Shown one piece after another: positions 1-10,561 of a stretch of DNA of 64,000 bases (within the stretch, counting starts at the first letter, position 1; each line of letters starts with the position of its first letter). The stretch lies in the NCBI GenBank assembly GCA_043770265.1, contig JAYVIK010000208.1, positions 5,317-69,316 of the forward strand, read 5' to 3'. A model generated the notes under the pieces. The model did not search any database and was not told the origin of the DNA. It saw only the letters and a list, made by a program, of their open reading frames with translations. The translations under genes and the position numbers were made by a program. This DNA comes from Flavobacterium sp. (lineage in GTDB: Bacteria > Bacteroidota > Bacteroidia > Flavobacteriales > Flavobacteriaceae).

Positions 1-1
1 G

Positions 2-214
2 CGTTCTCCACAACTGGCTGGTGAAGTTTTCTTTTATAAAGACAATACATTTACCGTAAAATGGAATACTCGTAGTTTTAATGCCGATGCTTTTTTGTTT
101 TTTGAAATGGATGAAACAGGAAAATCAATTCGACTTAAAATGAAACCCATTTCGGATTTGACAGACTTTAGTTATGATTTTCAAGACTTGGATTTTGTTA
201 GAGTGAGAAAATAG
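2..214 (+). CDS. C-terminal fragment of a serine hydrolase (beta-lactamase family, DUF3471-type C-terminus); 5' end outside the window
   Basis: Frame 2 is open from the window edge: RSPQLAGEVFFYKDNTFTVKW...DADAF-like segment (NADAF)...MKPISDLTDFSYDFQDLDFVRVRK*, stop TAG at 212-214; typical DUF3471 tail. Confidence 0.7.
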   Translation, partial: RSPQLAGEVFFYKDNTFTVKWNTRSFNADAFLFFEMDETGKSIRLKMKPISDLTDFSYDFQDLDFVRVRK

Positions 215-293
215 ATTTTTCGAAATTTAAATTCAATACCAGTTTGCATATCTCATTAGTTATACCTATTTTTAAAAAATCAACAATTCTGAA

Positions 294-2513
294 ATGTTAG
301 AAATAGATTTTGAAAAGGAAAACAAAGCAATTGCTCACGAATACAAAGAGTTACTTCGAATAAGTTACCAAACTTTAACCCCCGAAGACAAGAAACTCAT
401 TCGAAAAGCATTTGATGTTGCTATGGATGCTCACAAAGATCAGCGCAGAAAATCTGGGGAAGCCTACTTTTTCCATCCTATTGCTGTGGCCAAAATTGTG
501 GCTTCGGAAATAGGTTTGGGAGCCACTGCAATTGCTGCAGCGCTATTGCACGATGTGGTCGAGGATACACCCATAACTGTTGAAGATATTGAGAAAATGT
601 TCAACCCAAAAGTAGCCCAGTTGGTAGAAGGATTGACCAAAATTTCGAAAGTTCAAAAGGAAATGAATGTGTCGATGCAGGCAGAGAATTTTCGAAAAAT
701 GCTGTTCACACTCAACGATGATGTACGTGTAATCCTGATAAAAATTGCCGACAGATTGCATAATATGCAAACTTTAGATAATATGGAAGACCATAAACAA
801 ATTAAAATTGCATCAGAGACTTTATATATTTATGCTCCATTGGCTCATAGATTGGGCCTGTATAAAATAAAAAACAAACTCGAAGATTTAGGATTAAAAT
901 ATACTGAACCATTCATTTACAACGACATTGTTAGTAAAATAAAGGAAACCAAAGAAGAGCAGGATCTATACATTAGTGATATTTCAGAAATTCTAAAAAG
1001 GGCATTAGACGTAGAAAAACTCGATTATATCATCAAGGGAAGGCCGAAATCTATCTATTCTATTTATAGAAAGATGAAAGCTCAAGGCGTACGTTTTGAT
1101 GAAGTGTATGATAAATTTGCTTTGCGTATTGTTTACAAATCAAATCCTAATGAAGAAAAATTTTTAGCTTGGAAAATATATTCCATCGTTACGGATCACT
1201 ATAGACCAAGCCCTAGCCGATTGAGAGATTGGATATCATCGCCAAAAACGACGGGTTATGAAGCCCTGCATATAACAGTAATGGGACCAAAAGGTCGTTG
1301 GGTCGAAGTACAAGTACGAAGTGAACGTATGAACGAAATTGCCGAAAAAGGATATGCGGCACATTACAAATACAAACAAGGCGGCTCTGAAGATAGTGGA
1401 CTAGACATTTGGCTCAATTTACTAAAAGAAGCTTTAGAAAACTCAGAAACCAATGCAGTAGATTTTGTCGAAGATTTCAAAATGAATTTGTATTCAAAAG
1501 AAATCTTTGTGTTTACACCTAAAGGAGAAATAAAATCATTGCCAAAAGGCGCAACCTCACTCGATTTTGCTTTCAGCATTCACTCTGAAGTTGGTATTCG
1601 AACAAGAGGAACTCGTGTCAACGGAAAATTAGTGCCTTTGAATCACGAATTAAAAAGCGGTGATCAAATAGAAATTATAACTTCGCAATATCAAAAACCA
1701 ACCATCAACTGGCTGGATTATGTAACGACTTCGAGAGCAAAAAATAAAATTAAAAACGTTCTTAACGAAAACACGAAAAAAATTGCAGAAGAAGGAAAAG
1801 AAATACTCACTCGAAAACTGAAACACTTAAAAATTACTTTGAGCGAATCGGTGGTGAATGAATTAGTCAATTTCTTTAAATTAAAAACAAGTTTAGATTT
1901 GTTTTATCGTGTTGGAGTTGGTGCTATCGAAAATCAACAATTAAAGGATTATGCTGCGCAAAAAAGCAACACCTTTATAAATTTTTTCAAAAATAAAATA
2001 AAACGAAACTCAAGTACTTCTAATGAAGACATTCACAAACAAGTACTGAACAGTAATTATGACATGTTGGTTTTTGGAGCAGACCAAGACAAACTAGATT
2101 ATAAATTATCTACTTGTTGCAATCCTATTCCTGGTGACGAAGTTTTTGGCTTTATCACAATAAATGAAGGAATTAAAGTCCACAAAAGAGATTGCCCAAA
2201 TTCCATAAGTCTTCAGTCGAATTATGCTTATCGTATTATGCAAGCCAAGTGGATTGACTCATCGCAACAGGAATTCAAAGCTATTTTACATATTACTGGA
2301 ATGGACACTTTAGGACTTACAAACAAACTTACCAAAGTAATTTCGGATAATATGAACGTCAACATACAAAGTATTTCCTTGAGTGGCGAAGCTGGAATAT
2401 TTAATGGGCAAATTGCAGTAATAGTTCAAAACAATACTATTCTGAAAAAATTAATTGATAATATCAAACAAATTGACGGTGTGGATAAAGTGACACGGGA
2501 GTATAAAAATTAA
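294..2513 (+). CDS. rel: Bifunctional (p)ppGpp synthetase/hydrolase, RelA/SpoT family
   Basis: Intact HD motif LLHDVVEDT, synthetase motifs GRPKSIYSIY and GYEALH/EVQVR, TGS (VFTPKG), CC and ACT domains. Confidence 0.96.
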   Translation: MLEIDFEKENKAIAHEYKELLRISYQTLTPEDKKLIRKAFDVAMDAHKDQRRKSGEAYFFHPIAVAKIVASEIGLGATAIAAALLHDVVEDTPITVEDIEKMFNPKVAQLVEGLTKISKVQKEMNVSMQAENFRKMLFTLNDDVRVILIKIADRLHNMQTLDNMEDHKQIKIASETLYIYAPLAHRLGLYKIKNKLEDLGLKYTEPFIYNDIVSKIKETKEEQDLYISDISEILKRALDVEKLDYIIKGRPKSIYSIYRKMKAQGVRFDEVYDKFALRIVYKSNPNEEKFLAWKIYSIVTDHYRPSPSRLRDWISSPKTTGYEALHITVMGPKGRWVEVQVRSERMNEIAEKGYAAHYKYKQGGSEDSGLDIWLNLLKEALENSETNAVDFVEDFKMNLYSKEIFVFTPKGEIKSLPKGATSLDFAFSIHSEVGIRTRGTRVNGKLVPLNHELKSGDQIEIITSQYQKPTINWLDYVTTSRAKNKIKNVLNENTKKIAEEGKEILTRKLKHLKITLSESVVNELVNFFKLKTSLDLFYRVGVGAIENQQLKDYAAQKSNTFINFFKNKIKRNSSTSNEDIHKQVLNSNYDMLVFGADQDKLDYKLSTCCNPIPGDEVFGFITINEGIKVHKRDCPNSISLQSNYAYRIMQAKWIDSSQQEFKAILHITGMDTLGLTNKLTKVISDNMNVNIQSISLSGEAGIFNGQIAVIVQNNTILKKLIDNIKQIDGVDKVTREYKN

Positions 2514-2595
2514 TAAATAGCAAGAGTTTATATCGTTATGGGTTTTGTGATGAAACTTTTAAAGTTCTAACCTTCTAAACTAAAAAATAATAATT

Positions 2596-2603
2596 TATCT
2601 TTG
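2596..2603 (+). promoter_or_regulatory. Bacteroidetes primary-sigma -7 element
   Basis: TATCTTTG matches TAnnTTTG; it overlaps the ORF-track TTG start, so ATG 2610 is the likelier fur start. Confidence 0.6.
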
Positions 2604-2609
2604 CAAAAT

Positions 2610-3077
2610 ATGACACAAATTTCAGTTGATAATAGCAAAAATCAAGAAATTGTAAAGAATGTTTTTACAATTTATCTTGAAAACAAAGGACATCGTAAAA
2701 CGCCTGAACGCTACGCTATACTCCAAGAAATATACCAAAGTGAAGAACATTTTGACATCGAAAATCTGTATATCAAAATGAAAAATAAAAACTACCGTGT
2801 GAGTAGAGCTACTCTTTACAACACTATAGAGCTTTTATTAGAGTCAGGTTTAGTCCGAAAACATCAGTTTGGTCAAAATCAGGCACATTACGAAAAGTCT
2901 TATTTCGACAAGCAGCACGATCACATAATAATGACCGACACTGGCGAAGTTATCGAATTTTGCGATCCAAGAATTCAAACTATCAAAAAAACAATCGAAG
3001 AAATATTCGATATTGATATTACAAATCACTCCTTATATCTATATGGAACAAAACGAAATAAAGAAATAACAAACTAA
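2610..3077 (+). CDS. fur: Fur family transcriptional regulator
   Basis: [14 protein letters not shown] and HDHII motifs. Confidence 0.92.
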   Translation: MTQISVDNSKNQEIVKNVFTIYLENKGHRKTPERYAILQEIYQSEEHFDIENLYIKMKNKNYRVSRATLYNTIELLLESGLVRKHQFGQNQAHYEKSYFDKQHDHIIMTDTGEVIEFCDPRIQTIKKTIEEIFDIDITNHSLYLYGTKRNKEITN

Positions 3078-3095
3078 CTACAAATAGCAAATAGA

Positions 3096-4367
3096 ATGAC
3101 GGCAGATTTATTACTAGGATTACAATGGGGAGACGAAGGAAAAGGAAAAATTGTTGACGTACTCACGTCTAACTATGATATCATAGCTCGCTTTCAAGGT
3201 GGTCCAAATGCGGGACACACATTGGAATTTGACGGTATTAAACACGTTTTGAGAACAATTCCTTCAGGAATTTTTCATAAAACTGCCATAAATATTATTG
3301 GAAATGGAGTAGTTATTGACCCCGTTGTTTTTCAAAGAGAAATTGAAGGATTGGCTAAATTTAATATGGACATCAAATCCAAATTAATCATTTCTAGAAA
3401 AGCGCACCTAATCTTGCCAACTCACCGTTTGCTTGATGCAGCCTCAGAAGCGGCTAAAGGAAAAGCAAAAATTGGTTCTACCCTCAAAGGAATTGGCCCA
3501 ACATACATGGACAAAACGGGTAGAAATGGAATCCGTGTTGGAGATATTGAACTGGAGGATTTCAACGAAAGATATCGTGCATTGGCAAATAAGCACGAAG
3601 AAATGATTAAATTCTACGATGTTAACATTCAGTATAATTTAGAAGAAATGGAAAAAGAATTCTTCGAAGCCATCGAGGATTTGAAAAAAATAGATTTTAT
3701 CGACAGTGAAGAATACATAAACCAAGCCTTAAAAACAGGAAAATCAATTTTATGCGAAGGCGCACAAGGTTCTTTGCTGGATGTTGATTTTGGGACTTAC
3801 CCTTATGTAACCTCCTCCAATACCACAGCTGCAGGTGCTTGTACAGGATTAGGGATTGCACCCAACAAAATCAAAGAAGTCTATGGCATTTTCAAAGCTT
3901 ATGTAACCCGTGTAGGAAGCGGTCCTTTTCCAACAGAGCTTTTTGATGAAGATGGTGAAACAATGGCACGAGTTGGAAACGAATATGGTTCAGTTACAGG
4001 AAGAAAACGCCGTTGTGGATGGCTAGATTTAGTGGCTTTGAAATATGCAGTTCAAATCAACGGAGTAACCCAATTGATGATGATGAAAGGTGATATTCTT
4101 TCTGGATTTCCAACCCTTAAAGTATGTACACAATACAATTATAAAGGCAAAGCGATTTCTCATTTTCCTTATAATATTGAAACTGAAAACGTAACCCCTA
4201 TTTATAAAACATTCAAAGGATGGCAAGCTGATTTAACAGAAATGACCACTTACGATCAATTGCCAATCGAGTTGAAAGAATATATCGAATTTATTGAAGC
4301 TGCTGTTGAAGTTCCTATAAAAATTGTATCTGTTGGACCTGATAGAAAACAAACAATTTTAAAATAA
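3096..4367 (+). CDS. purA: Adenylosuccinate synthetase
   Basis: QWGDEGKGK, GGPNAGHT, EGAQG and TGRKRRCGWLD motifs. Confidence 0.98.
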   Translation: MTADLLLGLQWGDEGKGKIVDVLTSNYDIIARFQGGPNAGHTLEFDGIKHVLRTIPSGIFHKTAINIIGNGVVIDPVVFQREIEGLAKFNMDIKSKLIISRKAHLILPTHRLLDAASEAAKGKAKIGSTLKGIGPTYMDKTGRNGIRVGDIELEDFNERYRALANKHEEMIKFYDVNIQYNLEEMEKEFFEAIEDLKKIDFIDSEEYINQALKTGKSILCEGAQGSLLDVDFGTYPYVTSSNTTAAGACTGLGIAPNKIKEVYGIFKAYVTRVGSGPFPTELFDEDGETMARVGNEYGSVTGRKRRCGWLDLVALKYAVQINGVTQLMMMKGDILSGFPTLKVCTQYNYKGKAISHFPYNIETENVTPIYKTFKGWQADLTEMTTYDQLPIELKEYIEFIEAAVEVPIKIVSVGPDRKQTILK

Positions 4368-4458
4368 AAGAACTAAAGCCCTAAAATTTCAGAATTCTTT
4401 TTGTGTATGCAATTAATAAATGCGAATTCTTTTATATCAAATAGCAACTTATACCGAT

Positions 4459-4571
4459 TGTAATTTTAAAATGCTCTAGTTCATTTTAAAATTACATAAT
4501 TATTAATACCGATTAAGACTATATATCGAGTTCAATTTACGGACTCTTATCTAGTGTTAATCGGTATTTTT
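4459..4571 (+). other. Two adjacent long stem-loops; the second is terminator-like
   Basis: Perfect 15-bp stem 4459-4473/4482-4496; imperfect hairpin of about 64 nt at 4505-4568 (AATACCGATTAA/TTAATCGGTATT) followed by Ts. Confidence 0.55.
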
Positions 4572-4995
4572 ATTGATAATTCCTTGAAATTGATAAAATC
4601 AATTTAGTCGATTGCAATTTTATAATTTCCATTATTATGAAATTTAATCAGTTAATTTTTTTTATATTATCAAAAATTTTATTAATTTTAACATATATAA
4701 GGCTATCATAAATTTCAGTAAAACTTTCTCTAGCACGAAAGTTCTTTAGTGTATGATTAATTATTGAATGTTTGCGTCTATTTATAGCATCTTGTATCGA
4801 TAAAAAGTCAAAATAATATCAGTTCATTTTTTCCAAATTTCAGAAATAATTCCAAAATACGTAATAATTTGAAGAACCTATAAAGCATAATCTTTTGACA
4901 AACAAATGTTTATATAAATAGCACGTTCGTTGTATAGAATAAAGTAATGAAATTAATAACTTAAAAAAATCATTTAATTTTAATATATACTATTT

Positions 4996-7071
4996 ATGAA
5001 AACAACTTGCCCCAAATTAAGTTTAGTTTTATTCTCTATTTTTAGTCTATTTTTACATTCCTGTGTGAATGATAATCCAACTAACAGCTACATAAATTTT
5101 GATAATTTCGATTTTAAAACTACAAAAGAAATTAAGGTTTCTGTTTCGACATTAAACGCAACAGACAAACCAATAGCAGGTGTAAATATCGAAATTTATA
5201 CTGAAAACCCTTTGACACCCGAAGGTGTATTAAAAGAAAACAGCAGTGAATTTCTAGCATTCAAAGGAATTAGTACAACCTCAGGCACATTAGACTGTGA
5301 AATTGCACCCCAAACATTTGTAGATAGTTTGAGCATCTTGATTAACCACGTTGGTTTACCTTCATTCAAACAAGTAAAAATAAGTTCTAATACTATAAAT
5401 GTTATAGTTGGTGGGTCTTCTGTGCAAAAAACTAATAAGTCAAATGGCAATTCCAAAACTACTTCCACAACTAATTTACCTGAGCCAGTAAAAATTAGCA
5501 ATTACTATGTGCTAGGTGCTTGGGACATTATAGGAAAACCAAATTACCTTTGGAATCCAGATGATATATTTGATGCGGCTTTTTTACCTGATGTTAATGC
5601 AACTCTACCAGAAAGAAAAAAGCTCCCTGAATTTAGACCTGAGTATTTTACTTCAAAAGATGCTGGAGATATTGTTTTGATTAAAGATGCGGAAGTTTGG
5701 ATTACATTTGTGCACGAAGGTACAGGATTCAAAAATGTACTGGGATATTATACCCATAAAAATGATATTCCACCGGCAACAAAAGCAGCGATAACAGATA
5801 AAACTATAATTTTTCCAAATGCTTCCTATGGAACAATCAGGTCAGGAAATAAAGTTCAGTTATTATATTTAGATCCTGCAACAAACAAGTATACCAAAAT
5901 TTTTCCAGCTGGAACTACTGTAGCTTGGTTTCTAATTACAAATGGCTTCACTGGATCTACAAGTTCACTTGGCGCAGGTATAAAATCATACTTTTCAGAT
6001 GTACGTTTTAATCCTGAAATAAATGCTGCAAAAAAGAAGCACAATGTTATCTTAAAAGATGCTGCGCGTCAGCGTTTCTTAATTGGTTTTGAAGATCTAT
6101 TTCGTGAGGGTGCAACGGATGATGATTTTAATGATGTTGTTTTTTACACAACGCTTAGTCCTTATAGTGCAGCAAGAACTGAGGAAATAAAACCAATAGA
6201 AATATTTGTAGACACTGATAAAGACGGCGTAGGAGATTCAATAGATGAATATCCAACTGATCCTAATAGAGCATTTAATAATTATTATCCATCAAAAGAC
6301 AATTTAGCAACACTAGTATACGAAGATTTGTGGCCATCAAAAGGAGATTATGATTTCAACGATTTAGTAGTTGACTATAACTTTAATCAAATTACAAATG
6401 GTAGTAATAAAATCGTAGAAATAAATGCTACGTTATCAGTAAGAGCAATAGGTGCTTCATTGAAAAATGGTTTTTCATTAGAATTTAATACCACGCCAGG
6501 TAATGTAAAATCTGTCACAGGACAAAATTTAACAAATAGTTTATTTACGTTAAATGCAAACGGAACAGAACAAAGACAGTCTAAAGCAGTTGTTCCTATT
6601 TTCGATGACCCATATAAGGTGCTCGGTGGTGGCGGATCGATTGTTAATACATACAGCGGTGGCGCGTATATAACTCCAAAAACTATGAATGTAAAAATAG
6701 AATTTGTAACACCTATAGTAACCACCAATTTTGGAACAGCACCATACAATCCATTTATTGTAGTGGGAGGTGTAAGAGGAAAAGAGATCCATTTACCAGC
6801 CAACGCGCCAACTGATTTGGCTGATACATCCAGATTTGGAACTGGCGATGACGATAGTAATTTAGCATTGAAAAAATATTATATGTCTGATAATAATTTA
6901 CCATGGGCAATCAACATCCCAGTGCAGTTTGCTTATCCTGCAGAAAAACAAGACATAACAAAAGGATTCCTAAACTTTAATAGATGGGCAACAAGCAAAG
7001 GAACAACAAATGCAGATTGGTATTTAGACAAAGTCGGCTACAGAGACACGTCTAAATTATTTAAAAAATAA
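4996..7071 (+). CDS. LruC (DUF4842)-domain lipoprotein, paralog 1
   Basis: Lipobox LHSC; GFEDL..DFND region; Ca-binding-like DTDKDGVGDSIDEYPTDP; YEDLWPSKGDYDFNDLVV and NLPWAINIP LruC motifs. Confidence 0.85.
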   Translation: MKTTCPKLSLVLFSIFSLFLHSCVNDNPTNSYINFDNFDFKTTKEIKVSVSTLNATDKPIAGVNIEIYTENPLTPEGVLKENSSEFLAFKGISTTSGTLDCEIAPQTFVDSLSILINHVGLPSFKQVKISSNTINVIVGGSSVQKTNKSNGNSKTTSTTNLPEPVKISNYYVLGAWDIIGKPNYLWNPDDIFDAAFLPDVNATLPERKKLPEFRPEYFTSKDAGDIVLIKDAEVWITFVHEGTGFKNVLGYYTHKNDIPPATKAAITDKTIIFPNASYGTIRSGNKVQLLYLDPATNKYTKIFPAGTTVAWFLITNGFTGSTSSLGAGIKSYFSDVRFNPEINAAKKKHNVILKDAARQRFLIGFEDLFREGATDDDFNDVVFYTTLSPYSAARTEEIKPIEIFVDTDKDGVGDSIDEYPTDPNRAFNNYYPSKDNLATLVYEDLWPSKGDYDFNDLVVDYNFNQITNGSNKIVEINATLSVRAIGASLKNGFSLEFNTTPGNVKSVTGQNLTNSLFTLNANGTEQRQSKAVVPIFDDPYKVLGGGGSIVNTYSGGAYITPKTMNVKIEFVTPIVTTNFGTAPYNPFIVVGGVRGKEIHLPANAPTDLADTSRFGTGDDDSNLALKKYYMSDNNLPWAINIPVQFAYPAEKQDITKGFLNFNRWATSKGTTNADWYLDKVGYRDTSKLFKK

Positions 7072-7080
7072 AAAAATAAA

Positions 7081-7115
7081 AAATCCTAACAAGCTTCTAA
7101 ACCTTGTTAGGATTT
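7081..7115 (+). terminator. Hairpin after LruC paralog 1 (REP-like family)
   Basis: AAATCCTAACAAG / CTTGTTAGGATTT, 13-bp stem. Confidence 0.75.
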
Positions 7116-7425
7116 GATTTTTAAAATAGGTTCTATTTGGGACGCGCTATTTTTTATTCTTTCTGAATTAATACTAAACATATTATACCTTAAGCCATTT
7201 AAAATTGTACAAAATATAAGGCTATATTTGTCATAACGCACGAAACTAGAGACGCTATAAAGCGTAACAAACGGTGTATAAAGATTGCATAAAATATAAT
7301 AATGTTCGGTATTAAAAGGGAAACTATAAGAGATGTTTTTTCCAAATTCAGAAAAAATTCCAAAAAATGGACTTTTTATCGTTTGCAAAAAAAATAATTA
7401 CTTGATAAACAGTTATTTAACTAAA

Positions 7426-7441
7426 TGGCACATTCATTGAA
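7426..7441 (+). promoter_or_regulatory. Candidate sigma54-type -24/-12 element
   Basis: TGGCAC-N5-TTGAA about 60 bp before the ATG; degenerate TAGCAC-N5-TTGTA at the equivalent position before paralog 1 (4919-4934). Confidence 0.4.
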
Positions 7442-7500
7442 TAATATAACAATGAAAATAAACAGCATATAAAAATAATTAAATTTAAAACCGTATTATC

Positions 7501-9588
7501 ATGAAAACAATTAACTTCAAAACTACTCTAGTTTTACTATCCATTTTGAGTGTCTTTTTACACTCCTGTGTTAGCGACACTCCAACTAACAACGATGTAA
7601 AATTCGAAAATTTCGATTTTAAAACCACAAAACAAATTAAGGTTTCTGTTTCGACCCTTAATTCAGTAGACAAACCTATAGGAGGTGTAAGTGTGGAAAT
7701 TTACACACAAAACCCATTAACATCTGACGGTTTACTTAAAGCAAACAGCAGCGATTTTTTAGCATTTAAAGGAATTAGTTCCAGTGCTGGTACATTAGAC
7801 TGCGAAATTGCACCTCAAACCTTTGTTGATAGTTTGAGTATTTTAGTAAATCATATTGGTTTACCTTCATTCAAACAAGTAAAAATAAATTCTAATACTG
7901 TAAATGTTGTAGTTGGTGGGTCATCTTTGCAAAAAACTAGTAAATATGGTAATGCTTCAAAAACTAGCTCAACTGCTGCTTTGCCTGATCCTGTAAAGAT
8001 GGGTATTTACTATGTGTTAGGTGCTTGGGATAACCAAGGAAAACCGAATTACTTATGGAATCCCAATGACATTATAGCGAATGATTTTTTAGCAGATGTA
8101 AATGCATCTTTGCCTGAATTTAAAAAACTTCCAGATTCTCATCCTGAATATTTAAGCTCTACTGATAATGGAAATATTGAATTAATAAAAGATGCAGAAG
8201 TTTGGCTTACATTTGTTCACGAAGGTGCAGGATACAGAAATGCAATTGGATATTACACTCATAAAAATGATATTCCTCCAAGTAGTAAAACCGATATTAA
8301 AGATCCAACTATTATTTTTCCAAATGTTTCTTACAGTGGATCAGGTGGTTTATTAAGTTCTGGAAATAAAGTACAATTGCTATATTTCGATCCTGCAACA
8401 AATAAGTACAGCAAAATTTTTCCTGCAGGAACTACTGTCGCTTGGTTTTTTATTGCTGACAGCTTTAGAAATTCAACAACTGCAATTGGTCCAGGTATAG
8501 GAACATTCTATTCGGATAGCCGTTTTAATCCTGAAATAAATGTTAATAAAAGAAAACACAATGTAGTGCTTAAAGACACTAAACGTCAACTTTTATTAAT
8601 CGGTTTTGAGGATATAAACCGTGAAAAAAATTCAGACGAAGATTTTAATGATGGTGTTTTTTATGCCACTTTCACTCCATTTGACGCAGCTAAAACTGAC
8701 AAGATACAACCAATAGATACACCAACAGATACTGATGGAGATGGTGTAAGTGATTCTCGTGACGAGTATCCTACTGACCCAAAAAGAGCTTTTAATAATT
8801 ATTACCCATCCAAAAATAATACTGGAACATTGGCTTTCGAAGATTTATGGCCAGTAAAAGGTGATTATGATTTCAATGATTTAGTGGTAGATTACAATTT
8901 TAATCAAGTAACAAATGGCGAAAATAAAGTAGTAGAAGTAAATGCAGCGTTGACAGTTAGAGCAATCGGTGCTTCATTCATAAATGCGTTTGCATTGCAA
9001 TTTAATACCACTCCAGGTAATGTAAAATCAGTTACAGGAAATAGTTTGACTAAAAATGTATTTGCTTTGAATGCAAACGGAACAGAACAAAATCAAACCA
9101 AAGCAGTTGTTCCGATTTTTGATGATCCTTATAAAGTACTTAACGCTAGTGCTGGTATTACAAACACATACATTGGTGGTGCGTACAGCGCTCCGAAAAC
9201 AATGAATATCAAAATTGAATTTATAACACCAATGGCACTAAGCGGTTTCGGAACTGCGCCTTACAATCCTTTTATTGTAGCAAGTGGCATTCGTGGAAAA
9301 GAAATACACTTGCCAGCAAACGCGCCAACTGATTTGGCTGACAAATCTAAGTTTGGCACTGGAGATGACGATAGCAATTTGGGAGCTCTAAAATATTATA
9401 TGTCTGATAATAATTTGCCATGGGCAATTAACATTCCTGTACAATTTGCCTACCCAATAGAAAAACAAGAAATTTCAAAAGCTTTTTTATTCTTTAATAG
9501 ATGGGCTGAAAGTAAAGGTTCGACCAATGCAGATTGGTACATGGATAAACCAGGATACAGAGACACCTCTAAAATATTTAAAAGATAA
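7501..9588 (+). CDS. LruC (DUF4842)-domain lipoprotein, paralog 2
   Basis: Colinear with 4996..7071 over the full length; LHSC lipobox; FEDLWPVKGDYDFNDLVV. Confidence 0.85.
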   Translation: MKTINFKTTLVLLSILSVFLHSCVSDTPTNNDVKFENFDFKTTKQIKVSVSTLNSVDKPIGGVSVEIYTQNPLTSDGLLKANSSDFLAFKGISSSAGTLDCEIAPQTFVDSLSILVNHIGLPSFKQVKINSNTVNVVVGGSSLQKTSKYGNASKTSSTAALPDPVKMGIYYVLGAWDNQGKPNYLWNPNDIIANDFLADVNASLPEFKKLPDSHPEYLSSTDNGNIELIKDAEVWLTFVHEGAGYRNAIGYYTHKNDIPPSSKTDIKDPTIIFPNVSYSGSGGLLSSGNKVQLLYFDPATNKYSKIFPAGTTVAWFFIADSFRNSTTAIGPGIGTFYSDSRFNPEINVNKRKHNVVLKDTKRQLLLIGFEDINREKNSDEDFNDGVFYATFTPFDAAKTDKIQPIDTPTDTDGDGVSDSRDEYPTDPKRAFNNYYPSKNNTGTLAFEDLWPVKGDYDFNDLVVDYNFNQVTNGENKVVEVNAALTVRAIGASFINAFALQFNTTPGNVKSVTGNSLTKNVFALNANGTEQNQTKAVVPIFDDPYKVLNASAGITNTYIGGAYSAPKTMNIKIEFITPMALSGFGTAPYNPFIVASGIRGKEIHLPANAPTDLADKSKFGTGDDDSNLGALKYYMSDNNLPWAINIPVQFAYPIEKQEISKAFLFFNRWAESKGSTNADWYMDKPGYRDTSKIFKR

Positions 9589-9611
9589 AAAGTAAAAAAT
9601 TGAACTAATAA

Positions 9612-9646
9612 AAATCCTAACAGACTTCAAAAACCTGTTAGGATTT
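9612..9646 (+). terminator. Hairpin after LruC paralog 2 (REP-like family)
   Basis: AAATCCTAACAG / CTGTTAGGATTT, 12-bp stem. Confidence 0.75.
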
Positions 9647-9932
9647 CATCTTTAAAATAGAATGATATTAACCCGATATATTTTAATACTAAAATTCTAT
9701 TATATAAAATATAATTGCTTATTTCTGCTCTTAAAACCACTTTAATAAATTTTATTTTTTGACATTTTTTCATGAAAAACAATTTATATTCGTTAAGTCA
9801 TTCGTTATGTTGAATTACAAAAGAATTACATTTGCAAATAAATACAAAAATGTTCCATAATTTGACAAAGTAATTATTGGCATAAAAATTAAACATTACC
9901 GTTACTATACTTATTCTCATATATCAGTTAAA

Positions 9933-10517
9933 ATGAATAACCCTAAAATCAAAATAAAACAAACCGATTTACTTTCGCACAATTGGTATTTATTGAACAA
10001 TGTCACTTTCGATTTTTTAAGAAAAGATGGCGTTTGGATAACCCAAAAAAGGGAAGTTTATGACAGAGGCAATGGTGCTGGAATCTTACTCTACAATCGG
10101 GAACAAAAAACAATTATTCTCACTCGCCAATTCAGACTTCCTGCTTACCTCAACGGCAACGAAACTGGGATGATGGTAGAAGTTTGTGCAGGTCTTCTTG
10201 ACCAAGATCACCCCGAACAATGCATCATCCGTGAAACCGAAGAAGAAACAGGCTATCGTATAAAATCTGTTCAAAAAATTATGGAAGCGTATATGTCACC
10301 TGGTGCTATTACCGAGATTTTACATCTATTCGTTGGGGAATATGATACTTCAATGAAAGTGAACGATGGCGGAGGATTAGAACACGAGCAAGAAGAAATT
10401 GAAGTTATCGAAATGCCTTTTACAGAAGCTTACAACAAGATTGCTACAGGAGAAATTAAAGATGCAAAAACCATTTTACTTTTGCAATATGCCAAAATAA
10501 ATAATCTCGTTGGATAG
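9933..10517 (+). CDS. nudK: GDP-mannose pyrophosphatase NudK (Nudix), copy 1
   Basis: REVYDRGNGA, Nudix box region AGLLD...IIRETEEETGY, SPGA, GGGL..EQEEI, IKDAKT. Confidence 0.9.
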   Translation: MNNPKIKIKQTDLLSHNWYLLNNVTFDFLRKDGVWITQKREVYDRGNGAGILLYNREQKTIILTRQFRLPAYLNGNETGMMVEVCAGLLDQDHPEQCIIRETEEETGYRIKSVQKIMEAYMSPGAITEILHLFVGEYDTSMKVNDGGGLEHEQEEIEVIEMPFTEAYNKIATGEIKDAKTILLLQYAKINNLVG

Positions 10518-10561
10518 AATTAAGTCGAAGGTATAAATAAATATAGCTACTTTTACTCAAA
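9933..10561 (+). repeat. Direct repeat copy A (nudK plus 44 bp downstream)
   Basis: Homologous to 12621..13249; the 44 bp after the stop codon are identical. Confidence 0.92.

Noticed and set aside
4505-4568. Long hairpin as an integron attC site
   Set aside because: Ends do not fit RYYYAAC/GTTRRRY, and there is no integron integrase or cassette array
7107-7388. 93-aa minus-strand ORF between the LruC genes
   Set aside because: Non-ATG start, overlaps the terminator and the conserved regulatory motif, not protein-like
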